DNA from: an uncultured Candidatus Saccharibacteria bacterium
GTDB lineage: Bacteria > Patescibacteriota > Minisyncoccia > Phycocordibacterales > UBA9973
Reading direction: 5' to 3'
NCBI GenBank assembly: GCA_964608655.1
Contig: CAZSQH010000001.1
Span: 1-34,836 of the forward strand
DNA: 34,836 nt
Both the position numbers and the translations under genes were made by a program. Every line of letters starts with the position of its first letter. Position 1 is the first letter of the stretch. Below the pieces are notes generated by a model that did no database searches, had not been told where the DNA came from, and saw nothing but the letters and a program-made list of their open reading frames with translations. Of this stretch, positions 1 to 7,200 are shown piece by piece.

Positions 1-105
1 GGGTATTTTTCTCGTCGTAAGGACATAGAAAAATCTTTCGCTTCCCTGATGCAAGCAAAGCAGTTTGCTTGCTCACCTGCAAAGAAAAACATTTTGTTTT
101 TCTTG
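1..105 (-). repeat. tRNA-derived trailer element, copy A (follows tRNA-Pro; cut by window edge)
   Basis: Minus-sense sequence directly trailing tRNA-Pro. It shares with 797-897 a perfect 9-bp hairpin (51-59/64-72 versus 861-869/874-882) and the blocks gacatagaaaaatctttcg and ggtatttttctc. In minus sense it carries GGTG and CAGGG, identical to acceptor nt 4-7 and the T-stem 5' strand of tRNA-Pro. Confidence 0.6.
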
Positions 106-176
106 TCGGGGTGCAGGGAATCGAACCCTGTTCTCACGGTCCCAAACCGCGTATACTACCGGTGTACTACACCCCG
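106..176 (-). tRNA. tRNA-Pro (anticodon UGG)
   Basis: Hand-folded cloverleaf on the minus strand. Acceptor CGGGGTG/CACCCCG (C1-G72 as in bacterial tRNA-Pro), D stem GTAC/GTAT, anticodon stem CGCGG/CCGTG with loop TTTGGGA, T arm CAGGG-TTCGATT-CCCTG, discriminator A. No encoded CCA. Confidence 0.93.
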
Positions 177-221
177 AATAACCTTTTTATACTAACATAT
201 TTTTATATAAAAACAATTGTC

Positions 222-629
222 TCACCCTAAAACAATATTCTCTATCATTCTCACTCGAGCAAGCCTCTTGTGCATATCGAGGTACACCACAGCTAGGTCA
301 AACTGCCACTCGGTATTGCCTATCCTGTTGTGGATCAAATATGTGCCAACAGTTCTAGCCAAACGACGGATCTTCCAAGGGTGCATATTTTCCTCTGGTC
401 GGAAGGTCCCCTCTTCCTCTTTTCTATCATTTTCTACCAAATCTCGCGAAACAGATTTGACCTCGATAAAATAAAGCTTTCCTTCTTTGGTAGCTATAAT
501 ATCGATCTCGCCCCACTTCTTTGTATAATTGCGCTCCTTAATGAAAAATCCTTTCTTTTCAAGGTATTTGCAGGCTACATCCTCGCCCAACTCCCCTATT
601 TTTTGGCTTTGAGAAGTAAATTTTTTCAT
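222..629 (-). CDS. yraN: YraN/UPF0102 family endonuclease-like protein
   Basis: 135-aa ORF. GELGEDVACKYLEKKGF...WGEIDIIA...LYFIEVKS matches the UPF0102 (PD-(D/E)xK-like) pattern. Confidence 0.85.
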   Translation of the reverse strand: MKKFTSQSQKIGELGEDVACKYLEKKGFFIKERNYTKKWGEIDIIATKEGKLYFIEVKSVSRDLVENDRKEEEGTFRPEENMHPWKIRRLARTVGTYLIHNRIGNTEWQFDLAVVYLDMHKRLARVRMIENIVLG

Positions 630-646
630 CTCATTTAATTAAAGTG

Positions 647-658
647 TTTCACGTGAAA
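647..658. promoter_or_regulatory. perfect 12-bp palindrome TTTCACGTGAAA upstream of yraN
   Basis: Seen directly, 18-29 nt upstream of the yraN start (629, minus strand). Possible operator; function unknown. Confidence 0.3.
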
Positions 659-775
659 GACATAAAAGGACATAAAAAGTGTCTTTTATACCCATAACAC
701 ACATAGTTATCCACATTTTTGTTGATTTTTAAGGATTTTATGCCTCATATTTAAAAGACACAAAAAGACAAAACT

Positions 776-897
776 TGGTGCGGGATAGGAGAATCGGCTA
801 CCACGTAGCCAGGTATTTTTCTCCTCGCAAGCGACATAGAAAAATCTTTCGTTCTCCTACGCAAGCAAAGAAGTTTGCTTGCTATCCTCTTACTCTG
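776..897 (-). repeat. tRNA-derived trailer element, copy B (follows tRNA-Gly), ending in a second copy of the tRNA-Gly 3' end plus CCA
   Basis: 779-796 is identical to 898-915, the last 18 nt of tRNA-Gly, and is followed in minus sense by CCA (776-778). The interior is homologous to 1-105. In minus sense GGAT and AGGAG match acceptor nt 4-7 and the T-stem 5' strand of tRNA-Gly. There is an extra hairpin GGCTAC/GTAGCC at 796-810. Confidence 0.65.
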
Positions 898-968
898 TGC
901 GGGATAGGAGAATCGAACTCCTGTCTCATCCTTGGCAAGGACGTGTTCTACCACTAAACCAATCCCGC
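898..968 (-). tRNA. tRNA-Gly (anticodon GCC)
   Basis: Minus-strand cloverleaf. Acceptor GCGGGAT/ATCCCGC, anticodon loop TTGCCAA, T arm AGGAG-TTCGATT-CTCCT, discriminator A. It is followed by CAG, not CCA. Confidence 0.93.
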
Positions 969-1099
969 AAAACTAAATTGGTCTTTGTATTATAATCGTT
1001 TTTAATTTAAAATGCAATTATGAATTTAAAGCTTATTTTGCAAGCTTATTTACTATTTTATAATTTTAGTATACAATACATAAGTCGTCAAAATAATAC

Positions 1100-1171
1100 G
1101 CACCCGTGGTGAAATGGATATCATTACTGTCTTCGGAACAGTCGTTTCAGGTTCGACTCCTGACGGGTGCA
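1100..1171 (+). tRNA. tRNA-Arg (anticodon UCG)
   Basis: Acceptor GCACCCG/CGGGTGC, D stem GTGA/TCAT, anticodon stem ACTGT/ACAGT with loop CTTCGGA, T arm TCAGG-TTCGACT-CCTGA. No encoded CCA. Confidence 0.93.
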
Positions 1172-1183
1172 CAAAAAAACTCT

Positions 1184-2692
1184 ATGGAAAAAATAAATAT
1201 AAAGGCAATTCCTCCTTTTGTTACACATGTAACAACAACCCTCCAAAAAGCGGGGTTTGAAGCGTATCTAGTGGGTGGGTGTGTTCGTGATCTTGTTATT
1301 GGAAAGAATCCAAACGATTGGGATGTAACAACGAATGCACACCCAGAAGAAGTACAGAAAATATTTTCCGACGTTAAAACAGTCTGTGAGAACAATTTTG
1401 GTACCGTAACTATTCTGAACATGCCCACAGAAGCAAAAGAGGGCGTTACACGGGAAACACCTAAACAAAATAATATTGTCCAAGTCACAACCTACCGGTC
1501 TGAAGGAACATATACCGATTTTAGACGTCCAGATACAGTTACTTATGAAACAAAATTAGAGAAAGACCTCGAGCGACGCGATTTTACTATAAATGCCCTT
1601 GCTTACGACCCTGTAAAAGACGATATAAAGGACATTTTTGGTGGTATAAAGGACATAAAGGACAAAATAGTACGTTGTGTCCTTTTGCCCTCTGATCGCT
1701 TCCAGGAGGACGCTTTGCGCATGCTCCGTGCTGTAAGGTTTTCCACACAGCTTGATTTTGGAATTGATGGAGAAACTCTTTCTGCTATCGCAACCAACTC
1801 CCATCTTTTAAAGGAAATATCTCCTGAACGTATTCGTGACGAGTTTATTAAAATCATTGAATCAAAAAACCCTGCAATTGGTCTAGGATTGCTTCAAAAA
1901 ACAGGACTTTTGATCTACATTATTCCTGAACTTCTTGAAGGGGTTGGATGTGAGCAAAAAGGAGCCCATATTTACGACGTTTTTGAACACAGTGTTCAAG
2001 CACTCCAACATTCAGCTGACAAAGAGTTTGATACTGATGTTCGTCTTGCGGCACTGTTTCATGACATTGGAAAACCTTCTACTCGCCGATATGACCGATC
2101 TAAAGATAAATACACGTTTTTTGGTCATGAAGTAGTAGGTGCCAGAATGACAAAAAAAATACTTGAACGACTCCATTTTTCACGTGAAACTGTTTCCCGT
2201 GTAACCCTTCTTGTGAGAAACCATATGTTTTTCTCTGATACTGAGCAGATCACCCTCTCTGCTGTTCGTCGTATTATTCGAAATGTTGGACCAGAAAATA
2301 TCTGGCTCCTCATGCAGGTGCGCGAATGTGACCGTGTAGGCATGAAAAAGGCGGAAGCGCCCTATCGATTACGAAAATACCACGCCATGATTGAAGAGGC
2401 GCTCCGGGATCCGATTTCTGTTGGTCAACTCGCTATCGATGGAGTCTACTTGATGGAGGAGTTGCACGTGAAACCAGGACCTCGTATGGGTTGGATACTT
2501 CACGCACTTCTTGAAGAAGTCTTAGAAGATCCATCACTAAACACTGTTGAAAAACTCTCGGAGCGAGCTCGTGATTTAGATGAACAAGACGATAGTACGC
2601 TTAAAACATTAGGGGAAAAGGGGAAGATGGCAAAAGAAGAAGCAAATGAGGGAGAACTAAAAGAGCTTCATAAAAAACACAGAATAAAATAA
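1184..2692 (+). CDS. cca: CCA-adding tRNA nucleotidyltransferase (poly(A) polymerase head domain + C-terminal HD domain)
   Basis: GGCVRDLVIGKNPNDWDVTT head motif, RDFTINA, and HDIGK HD motif. The start is moved to ATG 1184 because the ORF-track start at 1106 lies inside tRNA-Arg. Confidence 0.9.
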   Translation: MEKINIKAIPPFVTHVTTTLQKAGFEAYLVGGCVRDLVIGKNPNDWDVTTNAHPEEVQKIFSDVKTVCENNFGTVTILNMPTEAKEGVTRETPKQNNIVQVTTYRSEGTYTDFRRPDTVTYETKLEKDLERRDFTINALAYDPVKDDIKDIFGGIKDIKDKIVRCVLLPSDRFQEDALRMLRAVRFSTQLDFGIDGETLSAIATNSHLLKEISPERIRDEFIKIIESKNPAIGLGLLQKTGLLIYIIPELLEGVGCEQKGAHIYDVFEHSVQALQHSADKEFDTDVRLAALFHDIGKPSTRRYDRSKDKYTFFGHEVVGARMTKKILERLHFSRETVSRVTLLVRNHMFFSDTEQITLSAVRRIIRNVGPENIWLLMQVRECDRVGMKKAEAPYRLRKYHAMIEEALRDPISVGQLAIDGVYLMEELHVKPGPRMGWILHALLEEVLEDPSLNTVEKLSERARDLDEQDDSTLKTLGEKGKMAKEEANEGELKELHKKHRIK

Positions 2693-2723
2693 AAACCCCA
2701 CATAACAGTGGGATTGTTCTCTA

Positions 2724-3272
2724 TTACATATATTGGCACCAAAAGTTTATTGCGGTGCTATCTTTTTGAGCGATGTAAGAATCTGCAAGGTAAAAATTGA
2801 GTTCTCCTAAAAATTCCTGGAGGTACCTGTTGTACTTAGTAGGAATAACAATTTGTTGAAATTCAAAAAAGTATGCCTGGCGCTCAATTTCTTCAAACAG
2901 TGCATTAAACATTTGCTTTTGATGCTCTTCTGAGGAAGAAAGAAATTGTACAAACAGAAGATAGTGCTCTCCCAACGAATATTGGGCAATAGACATGATT
3001 TGTTTTAATTTTTCATTCCTTATTGCCGCAACAGGGGAGTACCCTGCCATAAATGAAAGAATTTCGGTTGTCTCAGGGTCGATAACAGCATAGAGCATGC
3101 GTATCTTTGCTGAATCAATCAACAGTTTCTTTACTGCAGGTAAAAGCACTGTTGTGTTTAAATTTTCACTTCTTCCTTTTTTTGAAACATACTGTCGCTG
3201 AAGCCCAAACTGAAACTGTATTACTCTATCAACATCGTCTTCGCAGAGTCTGACAATATCGTATTGGTACAT
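2724..3272 (-). CDS. hypothetical protein (182 aa)
   Basis: Clean ORF with a hairpin terminator-like element just downstream (about 2697-2715). No family recognised; GNAT-like is only a guess. Confidence 0.6.
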   Translation of the reverse strand: MYQYDIVRLCEDDVDRVIQFQFGLQRQYVSKKGRSENLNTTVLLPAVKKLLIDSAKIRMLYAVIDPETTEILSFMAGYSPVAAIRNEKLKQIMSIAQYSLGEHYLLFVQFLSSSEEHQKQMFNALFEEIERQAYFFEFQQIVIPTKYNRYLQEFLGELNFYLADSYIAQKDSTAINFWCQYM

Positions 3273-3319
3273 AGGCGTTGTTTTGCCGATTATATCTTTT
3301 TTTATAGCGGTGTGCTAGG

Positions 3320-3715
3320 ATGCTTGAAAATCTTTTGCGTATGCTCTATGCCAAAGAAAAACGTTCATTTTCTATAGGTATCATTGGTGCGGGAACTCTC
3401 TTGCTTCCAAGTCTCGAGGTTCGAGCTCCTATTATCATGACCGATGATCCTTGCATACTGTGTCCCATCGAAGAGGAAAGTGTTGCAACAAAACATCTTG
3501 AGGTTGTTGCGTTAACAAAAACCCGAGAGACGCTTTCTTTAATTTTTGTAATCAAAGAAAGCGATCTATTTTCGTTAGTACCACTGAATAAAGTTCCTTA
3601 TGATTTTGGAATATACACTCCAAAAATCATCAACAAAAAAATATTGCAATCAGTACCCTCTATCAGTCGCGGACCTCCAAAAGTCCGCTGTTTTATTTTT
3701 TTATTGCATTTTTGA
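3320..3715 (+). CDS. doubtful hypothetical ORF (131 aa)
   Basis: Only a long ORF. Its last ~15 codons run through an intrinsic terminator and the composition is unconvincing. The locus may instead be a short gene or an RNA. Confidence 0.25.
   Translation: MLENLLRMLYAKEKRSFSIGIIGAGTLLLPSLEVRAPIIMTDDPCILCPIEEESVATKHLEVVALTKTRETLSLIFVIKESDLFSLVPLNKVPYDFGIYTPKIINKKILQSVPSISRGPPKVRCFIFLLHF
3669..3702 (+). terminator. intrinsic terminator
   Basis: GCGGAC-ctccaaaa-GTCCGC followed by tgttttattttttt. Confidence 0.7.
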
Positions 3716-3747
3716 TAAAACAGGTTAGGATGTAAAAAACAATTGAT

Positions 3748-3879
3748 ATGAAAAAGTACGGCATTGTTGCATTTGGCATGGTTATTGCACTGGTCATTGC
3801 GGTTATTGTTTGTTTTATTGTAGAAATAAAACGAGACGCTTCTGCATCTGCAGTCACGCAAAAATCAAATACAAAATGA
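3748..3879 (+). CDS. small membrane peptide (43 aa)
   Basis: MKKYGIVAFGMVIALVIAVIVCFIVEIKRDASASAVTQKSNTK has one clear TM helix. Not in the ORF track (under 60 aa). Its stop overlaps the next start as ATGA. Confidence 0.5.
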   Translation: MKKYGIVAFGMVIALVIAVIVCFIVEIKRDASASAVTQKSNTK

Positions 3880-4043
3880 CAAACAAAGACATACACGACG
3901 GTTGTTTGGGAATAATAAAAACAGCATTCATTGTTCTTATCATTTTTCTTATATTGAAATATTGTAAAAAAGAAACTCCGACATCTCCCTCTTTAGAAAT
4001 GAAGAGGGTTTTTATTTTTACAGAAAAAGAGAGTATGCTATAG
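3876..4043 (+). CDS. small membrane protein (55 aa)
   Basis: MTNKDIHDGCLGIIKTAFIVLIIFLILKYCKK... has one TM helix. There is an ATGA overlap with the upstream peptide. I chose the internal ATG of ORF 3810..4043. Confidence 0.5.
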   Translation: MTNKDIHDGCLGIIKTAFIVLIIFLILKYCKKETPTSPSLEMKRVFIFTEKESML

Positions 4044-4055
4044 AAAACATCACCT

Positions 4056-4289
4056 ATGATCGGAACTGCTCTTTGGATTGTGGTCGGTACCGGCTATTAC
4101 ACATACCTCTGTGTAACCATGGGACCACAACAAGCGAACAAAAAAATAAAAGAAAAATACAAACATGCTCGGCTGTGGGTACGCCGCACCTCCACGAAAC
4201 GAAAGTATTGCACTGCAAAAATTATACTCAGAAAAAGTTTTCGCAGTGTCTATTCATTTGTATTGAGGTGCCCTGTTTTTTTCTTTTAG
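4056..4289 (+). CDS. small membrane protein with basic tail (77 aa)
   Basis: N-terminal hydrophobic segment IGTALWIVVGTGYYTYLCV followed by a K/R-rich tail. A terminator follows immediately. Confidence 0.4.
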   Translation: MIGTALWIVVGTGYYTYLCVTMGPQQANKKIKEKYKHARLWVRRTSTKRKYCTAKIILRKSFRSVYSFVLRCPVFFF

Positions 4290-4290
4290 C

Positions 4291-4327
4291 AAAACAATCT
4301 GTGAACTAATACAGATTGTTTTTATTT
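4291..4327. terminator. bidirectional intrinsic terminator between convergent genes
   Basis: AAACAATCTGT (4292-4302) pairs with ACAGATTGTTT (4311-4321), with T/A tracts on both sides. Confidence 0.7.
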
Positions 4328-5116
4328 TAAATCGATAAGCACTGGACAGTGGTCACTCCCAAGCACATCTCCAAGAATCTTTGCGGAGGTTACATTTGAC
4401 TTTAACTTTTCACTTACAAATATGTAGTCGATACGCCACCCGATATTTCTTTCACGAGCTTTTGCAAAATGACTCCACCAACTGTAGTGCCCATTTCCTT
4501 TTGTAAATAGTCGAAAGGTATCTACAAACCCTGATGTTATCATTTTTTCTACACCTTCTCTTTCTTCATCGGTAAATCCTTTTTTACCAACATTTTCTTT
4601 TGGTCGAGCGAGATCGTCTGGAGTATGTGCCACATTGAGATCTCCACAAAATACGACTGGCTTTTTCTTTTCTAAGAGTTTCACGTATTCAAGAAATGCC
4701 GGATCCCAATGTTTCTGTCGTAGTGTTACTCGAGAGAGATCATCTTTTGCATTTGGAGTATACACAGTGACAATAAAAAATGTTTCAAATTCAGCACAAA
4801 TGACACGCCCTTCACTATTTGGATCTCCATAGTCATCGGCATCAAGTTTGTATTTTTTCACAATCGATTGAGGAATATCGTTGAAAACAGCGATTGGTTT
4901 TTGTTTCGTGAAAATAGCTGTCCCACTGTATCCTTTGCGAGACGCTGAATTCCAATACTCTTCATACTCAGAGAGATCTATTTCACTTTGATGTTGCTCT
5001 GCTTTTGTTTCTTGTAAACAGAGAATATCTGGCTTGTATTTTTCTATAAATGGCACAAAGAGGTTTTTCTTATGCACTGCTCGTATCCCATTTAGATTCC
5101 AAGAAATGATTCGCAT
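4322..5116 (-). CDS. xth: exodeoxyribonuclease III (AP endonuclease family)
   Basis: MRIISWNLNGIRA..., LCLQETK and a C-terminal SDHCPV motif. The start is moved to ATG 5116 because the longer ORF-track start runs into the upstream terminator hairpin (5157-5180). Confidence 0.9.
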   Translation of the reverse strand: MRIISWNLNGIRAVHKKNLFVPFIEKYKPDILCLQETKAEQHQSEIDLSEYEEYWNSASRKGYSGTAIFTKQKPIAVFNDIPQSIVKKYKLDADDYGDPNSEGRVICAEFETFFIVTVYTPNAKDDLSRVTLRQKHWDPAFLEYVKLLEKKKPVVFCGDLNVAHTPDDLARPKENVGKKGFTDEEREGVEKMITSGFVDTFRLFTKGNGHYSWWSHFAKARERNIGWRIDYIFVSEKLKSNVTSAKILGDVLGSDHCPVLIDLK

Positions 5117-5186
5117 GAAGCAATTGTAGCTTGCCTGTGCAGACAAGCAAATAAAAGACCCTCTCACTTTGAGAGGGTCACATGCG

Positions 5187-5498
5187 TTAGCGCTTGTTGG
5201 TTGGTAGTTTTTCGACAGTATCGACTCTTTTCAAAGAATCGTATCCATAAAAGATACGGTCTCCCTTTTTAAGCACTAGGGAGGAATCTTTTGTAAAGGC
5301 ACCTGAAATAGAAATATCAGCACCTTTCCTTCTGTTGGTATCAAGAAAAACGATGTCGTTTTTCATATCAACCTTTGTTACCCTCCCTGTATCAAAATAC
5401 AATTGAGGATGCTTACTACTTGAGTATGGATTTTCACACCCACTCAAAACAATTCCAATCAAAACAGCTACTCCGAGCTTCGAAACGTGTTTTTTCAT
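5187..5498 (-). CDS. lipoprotein, hypothetical (103 aa)
   Basis: Signal peptide with lipobox LSGC. Followed by the terminator at 5157-5180 (minus sense). Confidence 0.7.
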   Translation of the reverse strand: MKKHVSKLGVAVLIGIVLSGCENPYSSSKHPQLYFDTGRVTKVDMKNDIVFLDTNRRKGADISISGAFTKDSSLVLKKGDRIFYGYDSLKRVDTVEKLPTNKR

Positions 5499-5617
5499 TC
5501 GATTCTTTTTTTAAAATGAACAATTCGGACGAGCACTATAGCACGAAATAATTTTTTTGGTCAAAAAAAAAATCCCCTCACAAAAGTGAGGGGATGCTAC
5601 GGATTAAATGAAAAACG

Positions 5618-6262
5618 TTATGCAGGCTTTTCTTCTTTTTTTTCAGCCGAAGGTTTTGGATATTCCACCTTCATCCCACCATCAGCAAATATCGTCCATG
5701 TGGCTCCCGTGCCTTTCAGGTTTTCATGTACCTTCAGCAAGTCAACAGCAGGTTGCACAGGCTTTCTCCTTTCAGATGAAACCGAAGCAGATGGCTGATG
5801 ATTGTTCGGATACACATTTACAGTCGTCGGGGTAGGTGCAGGTGTCGCAGGTTGCTGGTTTTGTCTGTTGTGCAAATAAATTGCCAATAAAATCGCTCCA
5901 ACAATCAACAACAGGATCAGAAATACCAGAGGATCGCTGTAATGCCAGAATGTGCTTCCGCTTGATACTCCTTTATTTGAGGGAGTATCGTAGTGGTAGT
6001 GATTCTGATTAGCATTGATCGTCACATGGGTGTTGTGGCTGTTGGTCTGATTCACACTTGCCTGTGGCGAATAATTCCTCCTTCTTTCTCTTCCGATCTG
6101 AGGTTTTTCCTTTTGAACCGGTTCAACTGTAATATCATTCCCGATAATCGGCTCAGCTTTTACGATCAAGCTATCTCCGCAGGGGAGTTTCACTGTTTGC
6201 TGGGCAGAAACAAAGGTTGAGACTGAAAATACGATGGCGAGAAACAAAATAATTCTTTTCAT
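5618..6262 (-). CDS. secreted, C-terminally membrane-anchored hypothetical protein (214 aa)
   Basis: N-terminal signal peptide (..VSAQQ), a TM segment LVFLILLLIVGAILLAIYL, and a Pro/Thr-rich tail. A strong terminator lies at 5569-5595 (minus sense). Confidence 0.65.
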   Translation of the reverse strand: MKRIILFLAIVFSVSTFVSAQQTVKLPCGDSLIVKAEPIIGNDITVEPVQKEKPQIGRERRRNYSPQASVNQTNSHNTHVTINANQNHYHYDTPSNKGVSSGSTFWHYSDPLVFLILLLIVGAILLAIYLHNRQNQQPATPAPTPTTVNVYPNNHQPSASVSSERRKPVQPAVDLLKVHENLKGTGATWTIFADGGMKVEYPKPSAEKKEEKPA

Positions 6263-6413
6263 TTTTTATCTGTTTTTGGTTTTGAATGTGCTATTTGCTA
6301 GGTATATATTAGCATATTTATATATAAATGTCAAGTATATTATTTGACTTTATTTAGTAAATATGTATAATTGCTCTTGTAAACCAGTCCTTTAAAACAA
6401 CTAAAAACCTAAT

Positions 6414-7100
6414 ATGAGATATGTTTTTCTTATATGCGCTGTGTTTCTCTTTTCTTGCAAACAAGAAAAAACACATAAAGTAGATAAAAACATTGCTTTT
6501 GGTATAGATGTCTCCCAGTATCAGGGAGTCATCGATTGGAAGACTGTTGCTTCTCAGAAAAAGCACCCTATCGAGTTTGTATTTATACGAGCGACAATGG
6601 GGAAAAATCGCAAGGACAAAAAATTCCAGTACAACTGGAAAGAAGCGAAAAAAAATGGTTTTATCGTTGGGGCGTATCACTATTACGATCCCAACGAACA
6701 TTCAATCACGCAAGCAAGAAATTATCTTGAGACTGCCACTGTACTGAAACCGGGAGATTTCATCCCTGTTGTTGATATTGAACAATTAGGTAAACGTCAA
6801 TCGGTCGCACGATTACGTCTCGGTTTGAGACGGTGGCTCACTGAAATTGAAAAAGTGTATGGGGTAAAACCCATCATTTATACAGGACATGCCTTTTTCA
6901 AAGACCACCTGCTCGATGAATTTAAAGAGTACCCCCTTTGGGTAGCTGCGTACTCACAAGAAAGAAGAGAGGATGCTATTGTGCAATCCTCAATAATTCA
7001 TCAGTTCAGTGAGAAAGTCACTGTTCCTGGTATCAGAGAAAACAAGGTGGATGGTAATGATATCCGCCGAGAGCATATACAAAAACTGCTCTTGAAATGA
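6414..7100 (+). CDS. glycoside hydrolase family 25 muramidase (lysozyme), lipoprotein-type signal
   Basis: GIDVSQYQGVIDW, FVFIRATMG and GAYHYY motifs typical of GH25. Lipobox LFSC. A terminator lies at 7108-7133. Confidence 0.85.
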   Translation: MRYVFLICAVFLFSCKQEKTHKVDKNIAFGIDVSQYQGVIDWKTVASQKKHPIEFVFIRATMGKNRKDKKFQYNWKEAKKNGFIVGAYHYYDPNEHSITQARNYLETATVLKPGDFIPVVDIEQLGKRQSVARLRLGLRRWLTEIEKVYGVKPIIYTGHAFFKDHLLDEFKEYPLWVAAYSQERREDAIVQSSIIHQFSEKVTVPGIRENKVDGNDIRREHIQKLLLK

Positions 7101-7200
7101 TTATTCGGACCCCTCAGTAGAGGGGTCTTTTTGTTTGACAAAATGAAAAATGCATGCTATTTTTAAAAACGAAATTTGTTTGTTCATCTAAAACATACGC

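Noticed and set aside
1106-1183. N-terminal 26 codons of the ORF-track cca ORF (1106..2692)
   Set aside because: They lie inside and just after tRNA-Arg (1100-1171). The protein family starts sensibly at MEKINIK (ATG 1184).
3414-3432. T-arm-like ggttcgagctcc (possible tRNA or tmRNA 3' domain)
   Set aside because: No 5-bp T stem can be drawn around a 7-nt loop, and there is no acceptor stem or CCA context. The similarity comes from overlapping ctcgag and gagctc palindromes.
3473-3526. RNase P RNA-like words (agaGGAAAGTg and ACAAAAACCCGag)
   Set aside because: They lie only about 40 nt apart, whereas P4 strands in real RNase P RNA are about 250-300 nt apart. GTCCGG is missing, and the intervening sequence is just one simple hairpin.
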